DNA of 63,766 nt, filler included, from Hyphochytrium catenoides (taxonomy: Eukaryota; Protista; Hyphochytriomycota), in assembly GCA_900088475.1 (NCBI GenBank). It is 9 parts of 9 records of this genome, joined end to end, with 100 filler letters (N's around TTAATTAATTAA, not from the genome) between each part and the next. Parts side by side here need not be neighbours in the genome. Positions count along the whole stretch, not along the records: positions 1 to 11,850 come from FLMG01004738.1; positions 11,951 to 14,293 come from FLMG01000287.1; positions 14,394 to 45,987 come from FLMG01001865.1; 6 more parts are not named here. One strand, written 5' to 3'. Position numbers and translations under genes: made by a program. Below the pieces are notes generated by a model. That model made no database searches. It was not told the origin of the DNA and saw only the letters and a list, made by a program, of their open reading frames with translations. Shown one piece after another: positions 10,512-21,800 of this stretch. Position 1 is the first letter of the stretch. Every line of letters begins with the position of its first letter.

Positions 10512-11811
10512 GCTTCAACCTTTGACGGCAGTGGCTCAACTTTTAGAGGATCATAAATGATGATGAACGCTAGAACGCTTGAAGATCAGAAACATCAGAA
10601 AGGAGCAGCATGTCGCTAGCAGCAGCACCCACAAGACACATATGAACCATGAAACAGCCAAGAAGATGTCAACAGCCGGTGGTGGTTAGCGTGGTGGTGG
10701 TGGCAATGGCACCGAATAATCTGCTGCTTGCTTGAAGAGAGAAGTCAGTGTTCTGATGGCTGTCACTGAACAGAAGAAGAAGATCTGTCTGCGGCCTCAC
10801 ATACTAGGTAAACGACTACTGAGCGTCACAATGATGCTTATGCTTCCGCAGCAGCAAGAAGTTCTGGGACGATCCGATCGTTCCTCTTCGCATCACAGAG
10901 TTCAAAGGCAGAGCCACCGGACAAGCGACCAAAGCCAAGAAGCGCCCGCGATGGTGGAGCTGCTGTTTTCTGTTGCCATCAAAAGCCCTTACTTTCGTAA
11001 AGTACGTGTCACTTTCGGCAAACGGCAAACTATGTTGGCAGTATACAGTAACCGTTCCTTTCCTGACTGCAGTAATCAGGTCTATACTTGAGAAGAAGTG
11101 GTTCAGTTATCAGAGGTCCTCTAGAAGGATGAACAGGTACTTATTACGCAGGAGCAGGGGAATACATCATCTCTAAATCTAACTATGGGTTATGTGGTCC
11201 TTCGAAGTCGGGTACTGGCAATGGTACAATTCGGGCTGCACCCATCTAGGCTCGGGTCTTGACTGGCAAATATCAATCTTGTATAACTAAAACTCACAAT
11301 TCCCTAATTATTTTCGGACATAAAAGAATCGTAACCATTCTCCTCTCCTTATTATCTTATAGCCACTTCAGACAAAGAGCAGTAGTTTTTAGGGGAAAAG
11401 GGCTAACTTCGGGGAACTTCATTTCTAGGAAAACCTCCTGGCCTTTTTTAGGACTACTAAAATCTATGCAGTTGTTGGACCTTTAGAAAGAACGCCATCC
11501 TTCTGAGTCGATCTCATCCGAAATCCCATAGTTAATATTCCTAGAGGCCCAGATTCTGCAACCTTTCCCTCAAGAGCGAATTTCTTACTGTGTTTGAAAA
11601 CCCCATTCCCTCTTTTATTGCTAGCTGACTCAATATCCTCCCCGATTCCATCAGATACTTTTATACCCGAATATTACGGGGTTTTAGGTTTTCATGTTCT
11701 AGTCCAGGGTATTATGTATGGTCGAAGGACAGACCTCTTATGTAACAATAATATGTAACAAACAGGGGACCACATTCACATTGAAGAAAGGGCGAATCTC
11801 TTCTCTCTCTC

Positions 11812-11850
<39 letters not shown>

Positions 11851-11950
11851 NNNNNNNNNNNNNNNNNNNNNNNNNNNNNNNNNNNNNNNNNNNNTTAATT
11901 AATTAANNNNNNNNNNNNNNNNNNNNNNNNNNNNNNNNNNNNNNNNNNNN
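11851..11950. other. Artificial scaffold linker (N44-TTAATTAATTAA-N44); also at 14294-14393, 45988-46087, 54147-54246, 56131-56230, 58864-58963, 60895-60994, 62302-62401
   Basis: Eight identical 100-bp blocks with stop codons in all six frames. Confidence 0.98.
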
Positions 11951-13260
11951 GTCCGCTGTACACTTTTTGGTTTCAGCGTCGATCACAGTTCAACATCTCC
12001 TACATCTGCTTTAGATGGACTGACACCGCATGAGAAGTGGTTTGGTAGCCCGCCGGATATTGGATATCTTCGCCTTTTCGGCTGTGTCTCGTTTGGTCTT
12101 GTCCAAAAGCGGGACTGCCGCAAGCTGGATCCGAAGGCGAAGAAATACGCTCTCGTAGGTTATGGTTCTCACTCAAAAGCATATCGGCTATACGATTTTG
12201 GGACTCAGATCGTCATCGAGCGTCGAGATGTTGTCTTTGATGATCAACCGCAGCGAGTGGGACGGATCACGCTGGGTCTACTGAGAGCGACTCAGTGCTG
12301 TATGATGTTTTTGAGAAGCTTGGGGAGAACTCTGACAACCCCGACCCTGATGATATCCCAGGGAATCCCGTGGGGAATCTATCCCAGGACGAAAGATCAT
12401 CCCAAAATTCATTCTTCTTTAGGAACGCTCCAAGCAAGTGATCAAGTCCAAGACTCCGAACGCAGTGATTATTCAAACAGTAAACAGTACTCTGAAGACT
12501 CGGATGACCAATCCTCGGAAGCATCGGAGGCATCAGACCCTGCAACTGCAGCAGACGCAGATACAAGCTTGGAAGTCGACGAGTATGAGGACTGTGGTGA
12601 AGAAACATATGATCTCAGCTCTGTACCTCAGGATACTACTTCACTTTAGGGGAGGGAGCTTTCGTTTGGAAATCGCTAAAACAGCAGCTCACTGCCTCAT
12701 CCTCAACGGACGCGGAATGTATCTCTCTTTGAGCGGTCACTAAGCACGTGGACCATATTCTATGTCTTCTTGGGGAGCTAGGATGTCCTCAGAAGGGACC
12801 GATCGATATCTTCCAGGATAACAAGAGCACGATCCCGGTTTGCGAGATGGCTCGACCCAAGTCCAAGCACATCGATGTGAAGTACTGTGTTGTCCGAGAA
12901 AGGGTAATATTCGGGAGGTATCGATCTGATATTTACGAAATCGAGTGATATGACGGCTGATGTTCTGATCAAGGGTCTTCCTTGGCCTCGTTTTCGTGAG
13001 TTTCGTGCCGCATTGGCGTGGCGATTCTAAGAACTCCAGTACTCGCTAGATTGTTCGTACTGCGGGTGAGTATTGAATGTAGGGTCCGGTAGTATGGCTC
13101 AGCTTCTAACTCTTTCTAGTTGCTGAGATATTGCCATTACAAGATAGCATAGTTAGCTGCTAGTATTATCTATGGCAATTAGACCACCATCTAAATGGGT
13201 GGCTGTGAGGCATCCGAGTCCTCGGATGCCGATAAGGGCGCATCTTCTGGTCCGGCCGCC
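11951..13260 (+). mobile_element. Ty1/Copia pol relic (integrase C-terminus joined to RNase H, RT deleted), followed by a PPT-like tract and probable LTR
   Basis: TPHEKWFGSPPDIGYLRLFGC..KLDPKAKK..VGY..SKAYRLYD..RDVVFDD at ~12020-12245. SGYYFTLGEGAFVWKSLKQ..SSTDAE, DNKS, KSKHIDVKY and MTADVLIKGL at ~12625-12980, with stops and frameshifts. GCGGGTGAG then TATTG at ~13062-13075. Confidence 0.9.
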
Positions 13261-13263
13261 ACT

Positions 13264-14240
13264 TCATTATAATCTCAGCCCCCCAAGTCAACATCTAAGA
13301 TTCGAGAGCCGCAATGTCAACAATATTGTGACAACCCTCATCTCTTTCCTTACCAGCAAAAAAGTTAGGCATGTAGATGATCTAAGAACCTTCCTGAATG
13401 AACAACGCAGACAAAGCGATTTGCTCAAAGAGATGATGACCAACGAAGACTTCATTGACAAGCCCCACATTGCATCCACCCTAATGGGGTTGCCAGTATC
13501 ATTTCGAGGCACTGTGGAAGCAATTCAGGTCCGCGGCACTGGCGCTCTGACTGTTGATCAAGTGGAAGAGATTCTCATCAATGAGATTAATCGCCGTAGA
13601 GCTGTAGCGGCTCAGCAGGAGACTACTACTGGGAAAGAGGAGCTTATCACACCGAACCCCAGAAAGGAGACACCCGAAAAGGAAGACGCAATCCTTGTCC
13701 TCATTGCAATGGAAGGACCCATCGTGCAGAACTACGTTGGGAAATGGAGGCCAACGCTCATCGTCGTCCGGGGGGGTGGAAATCGCGCACTAAGGGTAAA
13801 GATAGTAAGCCAGCTGCAAAGCCTGCAGCTGCATTTGCGGCCTTTATTAATGCCCTTGACGCGGATCAGCAGTAGTAGCCTCCTGCTGCGCAGCTACAGC
13901 TCTACGCACGGCGATTAATCTCATTGATGAGAATCTCTTCCACTTGATCAGCAGTCAGAGTGCCAGTGCCGCGGACCTGAATTGCTTCCACAGTGCCTCG
14001 AAATGATACTGGCAACCCCATTAGGATGGAGGCAATGAGGAGCTTGTCACTGAAGTCTTCGTTGGTCATCATCTCTTTGAGCAAATCGCATTGTCTGCGT
14101 TGTTCATTCAGGATGGTTCTTAGATCGTCTCCATGCCTAAGTTTGTTGGTAAGGAAAGAGATGAGGGTTGTCACAATATTGTTGACATTGCGGCTCCTGA
14201 ATCTTAGATGTTGACTTGTGGGGTACTGAGATTATAATGA
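13264..14240. mobile_element. Copia gag fragment present as a diverged inverted duplication (arms ~13264-13630 and ~13871-14240)
   Basis: Both arms encode the same gag-like peptide (LMGLPVSFRGTVEAI..LTxDQVEEILINE) on opposite strands. The spacer carries a degenerate zinc knuckle, CPHCNGRTH. Confidence 0.85.
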
Positions 14241-15263
14241 GATCACGACCCTGCAATCAAAACTCCCGTATCCCCTCTACTTTTGGAGAAAATNNNNNNN
14301 NNNNNNNNNNNNNNNNNNNNNNNNNNNNNNNNNNNNNTTAATTAATTAANNNNNNNNNNNNNNNNNNNNNNNNNNNNNNNNNNNNNNNNNNNNAGAGAGA
14401 GAGAGAGAGAGAGAAGGCCCAGTTCACAAGCAAAGGAAGTGTCACGTCCTCTCAGTACATAATCCTCCTCCTCCCTCCTCCCCTGAAAACGCTTCTCTCT
14501 CTCTCACTCTCTCTCTCTCTCTCTCGCTCTCGCTCTCTCACGCACACACACATAAGGTGCTTTAGATAGTTCTAGGATGGCCTGCAGTTACTTCCCCTAC
14601 AGTTGCCTCAGGTTGGGCTCCATCAAGGGTCAAGGACGCAATGAGCTGGGTTAGACAAGGCAGCAGGCCTATGTACCGCGGCGACAAGAGCCAAGAAGGC
14701 TGAGGAAAAGAGTCCATTCAATTCAGGGAAACAGAAGAAGAAAGGGAGAAGTTGTTCCCCTAAAGGCTGGACTGGGATCAGGTGGTGCAGCCGTGCAGGC
14801 CAGCATAGACAGGATGTCCGTCCCAATACGATTCACCGCAGCGCTTAAGGCTGTTGTTTTATCGCGCGTTGCACTCCGCACCTCTCTTATGCTTCTGACA
14901 AACTCTGACATCATCATTTAGCCACCCCACTTTGTTCACATTCCTCCTCCACTTGGCAGCAGCCGCTAACCCCTGACTGGAGAAGCAGTCAGCGCTCGAG
15001 ACTCAAGACCAATGACAAAAAAGAGCCAAGTGCCGATAAATCTCCACTTAACGCCAATAACCTTCATCGTCGAATAGATCTCCGCCGCCTGCTGCCGTGT
15101 CTGGTACTATTATCCTGGCTCTGTGAAGTATCCTTTCTCTTCAAGTCCGGCGCCGCCATTGCACGCAGACTCTGTGGCAATCTCTTCCCTCCGTCCTCCT
15201 TCTTCTCCTCCTGTTGGCCCATTTAGCATCGCCACCTGCCTTTGGAGAAGAAGAGGCGGTGAC

Positions 15264-17230
15264 ATGACGGTGACCACGGAACTGTATGCACAATATTATG
15301 ACCTCTTACCTGAGATGGTGTGGGTTTGCAGTGAGGATGGCCGTCTTATCTACTTCAGTAGTGCGTGGTATGAATACACAGGCAGCACGGTAGAGCAGTC
15401 CATAGACTTTGGATGGATCGATTATCTTCATCCAGATGATCGGATACGTACGTTAGACCACTGGCGAGAGTCTGTCACGCAGAAGAAGTACTATGACATC
15501 AAATACCGCTTTAGAAAGCACACAGGCGAGTACCGATGGTTCGTAGCACGCGGCAACCGTAAGAAAGGAACCTGGGTGGGCATCTGTACTGACATTCATG
15601 AGAATGTGCAGCTTGCAAAGGAGCTGGAGACACAGAAAGAGCTACTTGCGACAACGCTAAGGCAGCTTCCGGTGGCTGTCATTATTGGGGAGGCACCATC
15701 TGGGAAGCTTGCTTTCGCCAACAGTAAACTGGAAGCTTTGCTGAAGTACCCGATGAAGAACTCCAAGGATGTGGGCGAATATAAGGACTGGGAAGGATAC
15801 CATCCTAATGGCAAGCCGTACAGTACGGAAGATTGGCCGCTAGCAAGGAGCATTATCAAGGGCGAAACGGTGACCAATGAGATGATTGACATGGTGAGAG
15901 GCGATCGCACGCGGACCATACTTTCTGTGTCGTCGGCGCCTGTACGGAATGGAGATGGACATATTGTCGCGGGAGTAGTCGTGATGGAGGATATGGACGA
16001 GAAGGTCAGGCTCCAGAAAGAAAGACTGGAGGCGATGAACGAGGCGAAAGCTGCCGCTGAGACCTGCCGCTTCAAGTCCAAGTTTATCGCGAACATGAGT
16101 CACGAGATCAGAACGCCCATCAATGGGATGATAGGTGCGACCAACCTGCTCCGGACGACTGCTTTAACTGAGGAGCAAGCGGACTATGTTGACATACTTA
16201 ACGCCTGTGGCCGCCACCTCATGACTCTCGTGGACAACCTGCTGGATTTGTCAAAGATTGAAGACTCTAAGATGGTACTCGAAAAGGTAGACTTCTCGCT
16301 CATGGACACCTTAGAGTCAACGATGAAGGTTGCGAAAGCAGCGATCATGGGTGACAAGCCTAATCTGAACCTCACGCTGGTGACGCACAACCTACCACCT
16401 TTGGTGCGAGGAGATTCGAAGAGAATAGAGCAAGTGCTCTGCAATTTGGTTGGCAACGCTATAAAGTTCACCCCTGACGGCGGAGAAGTTCATGTCTCTA
16501 TGGCAGTTAGGTCAGCTGCTGATAACGGCCAAGAGCGTGTTATCTTGGACGCCACCGTCCGCGATACTGGCATCGGCATCGCTCCTGAGACGCAAAGTAA
16601 GCTCTTCAAGCCCTTTATTCAAGCGGATCAGAGCACAACCCGGAAGTTTGGTGGCTCTGGTCTGGGTCTTTCAATATGTAAAGAGCTGCTGACGCTGATG
16701 GGAGGCGGCATCTCCCTCGATTCTGAGCTGGGAGAGGGGAGTACCTTTCACTTTCACGTCCCGCTAGATGCTGTCTCGAGAGGAGGAGGTCAAAACCATT
16801 TTGAAGGAGACAGGGCAGAACAAGAACCCCTGAAGTTGACTGAGCTGCAGCGCTCACAGCTTAACGTGCTTTTGGTGGAAGATAACGTGATTAGCGCTAG
16901 GGTGGCTCTGCGATTGCTTGGAACGAATGGATATCGCAAAGCCACTTGGGTGGAGAATGGTCTACTGGCGATAAAGAAGTTTGATAACGGGGAACTCTAC
17001 GATCTCGTGCTGATGGACTGTCAGATGCCGGTGTTGGATGGTTTTGAAGCCTCACGCTCCATAACATAAGAAGAGGCATATCCGTGCCTATCATCGCACT
17101 AACGGCGAGCGCCACCCCGGATGACCGCAAAGAATGCCTCGATAGTGGCATGAACGAGATAGTACTGAAGCCGATTCGCGTCCAAGAGCTGCTTACAAAG
17201 ATGGACAAGCTACTGGCATCGAAGACATAG
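15264..17230 (+). CDS. Hybrid histidine kinase PAS-PAS-HisKA-HATPase-REC; receiver domain frameshifted at 17060-17069
   Basis: Intronless. PAS (WIDYLHPDD, GEYRWFVARG), H-box FIANMSHEIRTPING, N-box NLVGNAIKFT, G1 DTGIGI, G2 GGSGLGLSI, receiver VEDN..LMDCQMPVLDG. The rest of the receiver (PIIALTASA..GMNEIVLKP..SKT*) continues in another frame to TAG 17230. Confidence 0.93.
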
Positions 17231-17501
17231 TATTCGCTCTCGGGTGACGAGACTAGGCGACAGCGTTAGTTAGGAACGAACGGTTTGTAGCAACAGGCCG
17301 GCAGAAGGAAGGGTAGGAGAGCTCCCTCCTTGTGCGCTCCAACCCATTTTTGACCTCGTTTTGGCCCTTCTGCTGCGTCTCTTTTATTTATCGCTCCGTA
17401 TCATGATGGAGGCACTCTTTGTCATGTCCCAGCATCAGTCTATGCCTTATAATTCCAATTGAAAGCCCTGCTCGTGGCACATTGAACGCCTCTATCGGAG
17501 A

Positions 17502-18199
17502 TCATTTGGCCTTTGCTTGTTCTAGCGAATCTTCTTCCAGTATCCTTTGTCTATTACGGCTGTGCCGGAAGTGCTCAACAAAATTGCCCTGCACGAGCTG
17601 GACATAGCTTGGCAAAGAGAAGCGGCCACAAAGAGCTCCTGCGTAGAATTGTGACAGGAAACTACTTAAAAGGAGGCGGTTGAAGGAAGGTGTTGCTGGT
17701 CCAACTTCTAGAGATAATGACTGACCACCCTGGTGCGCTGAGAGAAGACATGCAACAGGGGATAACTATAAGATGGAAAAGCTATAGTTTATACAGCAGT
17801 AGTAATTCAGGATATGCAGATTGTCTGGAAATGCAGTGCCGGTGGAGGACAACAAGTCTGCCCTTAAGCTGAATTTGGGACACTGTCGGCTGCAGAGTCG
17901 AAGACACCTTTGGTAGCAAACGGTGCAAAACAAATGAGTAGCGTTTCAGAGAAGCCTGTGGGTCTTTCCGTTGTGTTTCTTATCAAACTTTGTGGTGTGA
18001 ACTCGAAGCTCTTCGGTCCACTCCTGGGGAGAGCGAAGGGCTTCGTTCTTCGCTCGGATGCATTGCTTAAAGCTCTTGGGCCCTTCGCTGCCCCAATAGA
18101 GGATGCTACGCTCACAGTAGTAGGTGCTGTCAACGCAACGTCCAGAAGCGTTGGTATCGTCGTTGCTTGTTGACTCGAAGGGCAGGCGGAGGAGTCCAT
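17502..18199 (-). CDS. Possible small spliced hypothetical gene
   Basis: ATG at 18199 (MDSSACP..) and a plausible terminal exon 17638-17502 after a CAG acceptor (ALCGRFSLPSYVQLVQGNFVEHFRHSRNRQRILEE..K*). Internal exons are unresolved and no family was recognised. Confidence 0.3.
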
Positions 18200-18841
18200 G
18201 AAGCTCAAGAATGGAGAATCAGAATCTCTGCGAAAGGTCAGAAAGTTGAGATTTCGCAGACGTTGCTTCTGACCCTTAAAGCCCATAATCCCAACTATGG
18301 GTATCATGGCTAGGTATAATACCTATTGCTCTTTTTAGTGGCTAATATGGGTTTCACTTCAGATGGGCATTATGGGTCACAGCAAACAACAGAAAGATCC
18401 TCCGCTGTCCAAAGCGTCATCATCGTGACGAAGGAAAGGGAGAAGAGAACTGAAGGCATACCAAGGACAGCAGCAGGTGAAGAGAGAGAGAGATGGAGAA
18501 AGACAGAGAAGAGAGACAGACACACAGACAGAGAAAGAGAAGCCATCAGATGGCGGAGAAGGAAGACCTACGATAATCTGGCGGTCCCACTAAAGAAGAC
18601 AGTGCATTCAGTGGTTTCCACACCCGTTGAGTCGTCCTGCTGTAGAGGCTGTAAGCTGATCTCTTCCCACTTCTGCTACGGAGAAAAGTACGTGATCTTG
18701 GACGAGGCGCATGAATGAGGAAGCCGCCTGCAGTGTTCCATCGAACTGGCTTGTGAGAGAGAAGCTGTGACATACTCGGACAACATCTCTGGCAGACAGC
18801 GTAGGAAAGCAGGGACAAGGCCAGCCAGCTGGTAAATTAGC

Positions 18842-21800
18842 ATGGCAGGTCTCATTCGGACAAGGTATGACAATAGTATGATAACCTGGAAGTGCTACGT
18901 TTACCTAGAGCTCTCCCCAGTAAATTTCGGCATTTGCATCCATGGGCGGCTGTGCGTGAAGAATGGTACGACGACATCTCCCCATCATCCGCACTTACGG
19001 AGTCCAACATGCTGACTGCCTCGGAAACACTAATGGCGTATATGGAGGCAGCTGGAGGTCAGTAGCTTGACTGTTTGCCCTCTATCATTTCCCTGGGTCC
19101 GTACGCTTTAGACCAGTTGCTTGCCACTCTACTGGCAGACGTCAGACCGAGCTCCTTGGTGATAAAAAAACTACTATGCTGCCCTCAACCGCTGCGATCT
19201 CTCTTTTCACTTTCTACGTCACCGTGTGACTGACACCCGTTGGGAACCGCTGTACCTGTCAGGAGGGCATACGATCGGTGTCAGACGCGTTAATGAGGTG
19301 GGAAAGGTCCACACGAGTGCACCGGTAAGCCTCAACCGTAGTAGGGTCCCAGCCAGGCCTGCTTTTCTCATCCTATGTCCTCTCTGGTCAACCTCCTGTG
19401 TCTCAAAGCCTGTAATACGCGCTCACAGTGCGCCAGTGGCCGACTTGCAGTTCAGTCCGCTGTCCAACACCCTCCTCCTTTCTGCCGGGGCGGACTCCAC
19501 TGTCAAGGTAGCGTTTATCCATTCTTTTCTGGTGGTCTCTTGGCAAACAGTACCTAGAGGAACGTCTAGCTGCTCCTTCTTTGCCGCCGACGGTGTCTCA
19601 CTCAGTGTATATCTAACGCTATACGGCAGGTGTGGAGGTTGCCTGAAAGTGGTCTTCAAGAAGACCTCCACACGCCTGAGGCTGTCATCGCAGGTGCACA
19701 GTGGTGCTCTTCTTGATGTCCACACACAGAGTCTGACTGTCTCTTTATTGGTCTCACGCCTCCTAGACCTTCAGTATCGCCCCCTAACCTTAGAACCCCA
19801 TATCTCCGCCGCTGGCATTTTAGCTGTTGGTGCGGTGAAGGGGGTTGAGGTGCTGGATTTCGAGGCAGGAGTGCGTGTGTCAGATTGTGGTGGTCTGCAC
19901 GCTGACCACGTGACGTCCTTATCTTGGAATGGAGAGGGAAGGTAAACCAGAGTACGAGGACTTGATACGTTTGTGGGAGGGGACAGAGATTGGCGGCATC
20001 AGAATTGATAAAGTAGAAGGTTGGATCGAGGGACCGAGGACGTTCAGCTTTGCAACCAGTATTAGAGTGCACACTCTTTCAAGAGCGAAAGGACGATGCC
20101 ACTAAACGACTACCTTGCTATAGTGAACTTGCGACTGTGAGCAAGGACAAGCAGCTCCGTCTTCTCGACCCTAGAAGTGGGCGCTGTGAGGCAACCACCG
20201 AGTGCCATGGAGTAAGCTGCTCAGCCTTGTTGCTACCCTGCTATTTCAAAGGACCTCTACGTCTTCCTTCCTTGCTCTCCATGTTCTGTAAGGTGTCTTG
20301 TCTCAGCGCCCATACCCGTCCTCCTTTTAGTTTCTGTTTCCTGAAGATGTATGCTTAGTTTCAAGCTTATGCCACTCACGTCGCTCCTTCGTCTGCCTGA
20401 AGGGCCGACGTAGCAATAGAGTGGTCTGGTGCTGGAAAACAGACACAATAGTAACGACTGGCTTTAGCGGCATGCAGGAGCGAGAGGTGAAGTTATGGGA
20501 TCCCAGAAGCTTGCAGAAGGTCCGACAGAGCATACTTATATCTGACTAGTGTCTCCACCTCTCTGTAGAGGTCGTCCTCCACAATCTTGAGCTTCATCCT
20601 AACAGGAGTCACATCAATCTCTATCTCAGATTAAACGGCCCTTGACCCTCCTTTGTTCCCTCTCTTTTTTTGCCTTCTTCTTCTACTTCAACGAAACCAT
20701 CGTTAGCCTCTAAAGAGGGAGCGGCTGGACACCTCAACTGGTGTCGTCCAGCCTTTTTATGACCCGGACACAGGGCTTTTGTTCCTCGGAGGAAAGGTAC
20801 TTAACAGACACCGGGCGCTAATCGGTATGGTCAAGATTGACTTAGCCTCTCAGGGTGATACGTCTGTTCGATTTTACGAGGTCGGACAAGAGCTCCATCC
20901 TCTTGGCATCTTTGGCGGAGGAAACATAACGCTTGGTCTCGCGTTGTTGCCCAAGAGGGCTCTAGACACTGCCAAGTGTGAGGTTGCGCGTCTTCTGCAG
21001 CTTACCAGGTAGGAATCGCAGAGTTACTTTGTCGTTTCTTTCTGTGCCCTGCGCTGCATGGACCTTACTGCTATTTATGTGTCTAGCATGGCTCGGTGTT
21101 CAATTTGGACTGATTGTCTGCGTGGCTGGCTTGCCTGTGTCCTTTCTCCGATTCGTTCCATACGCTAATGCTTGACTGCGTAGTCATGCCGTCGTGCCAC
21201 TGAGGTTCGACGTGCCGCGGAGAGAGATGCTACACAGCTTTCAGCAAGATCTTTACCCTCCTACAGCAGCCCGGCGACCTTCTCTTTCCGCTCAAGATTG
21301 GAAGGAGGGAAAGAGTGCTCCTCCTCATCTCGTGGAGATTAGTCCCCCGGGGCAGCCATTAGACACCCATTCCGCAGAGACGCAGCTATCTAATGTAAGA
21401 GAAGTGGTGCAGGAAAAGTGGATCTAAGAACACTTTGCCCCTGTCAAATACAGATACTGACTATGGCGTGTAGAGCATTTGGCAGGAAGACCAGAGGACA
21501 GCAGAAGTTGACAAGGAGCAAAAGGAAGCGTCTTCTCTGTGGAATTTCACGGAGTCTACCCCTCACCCTGTCATGGAGCCGCGTACCCTCAATGATCCCC
21601 GGGAAACATGCCCTACTTTGGAGGAAACCCCTCTCACCGTAGGTCCTAATGTGATTCAAGATAGTGTTTAGTTTGGCTTCCCGGTCACGCTTCACTCTTT
21701 CCTCCAAACAATTTGTTGGAATGCCCTCAGCTATGGAATGCCCCCAGCTAAAGCTAGTTTTTGGTCATGAGCAGTGCATCCTACCTTGCTATTCCTTAAT

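Noticed and set aside
17041-17100. Intron, programmed frameshift or stop-codon reassignment in the kinase
   Set aside because: There is no GT-AG pair or slippery site, a 5-bp duplication explains the shift, and TAA, TAG and TGA all end other genes normally.
3586-17230. Bacterial contamination as the source of the GH114, GNAT and histidine kinase genes
   Set aside because: Each shares a scaffold with spliced genes and host microsatellites, and there is no operon structure.
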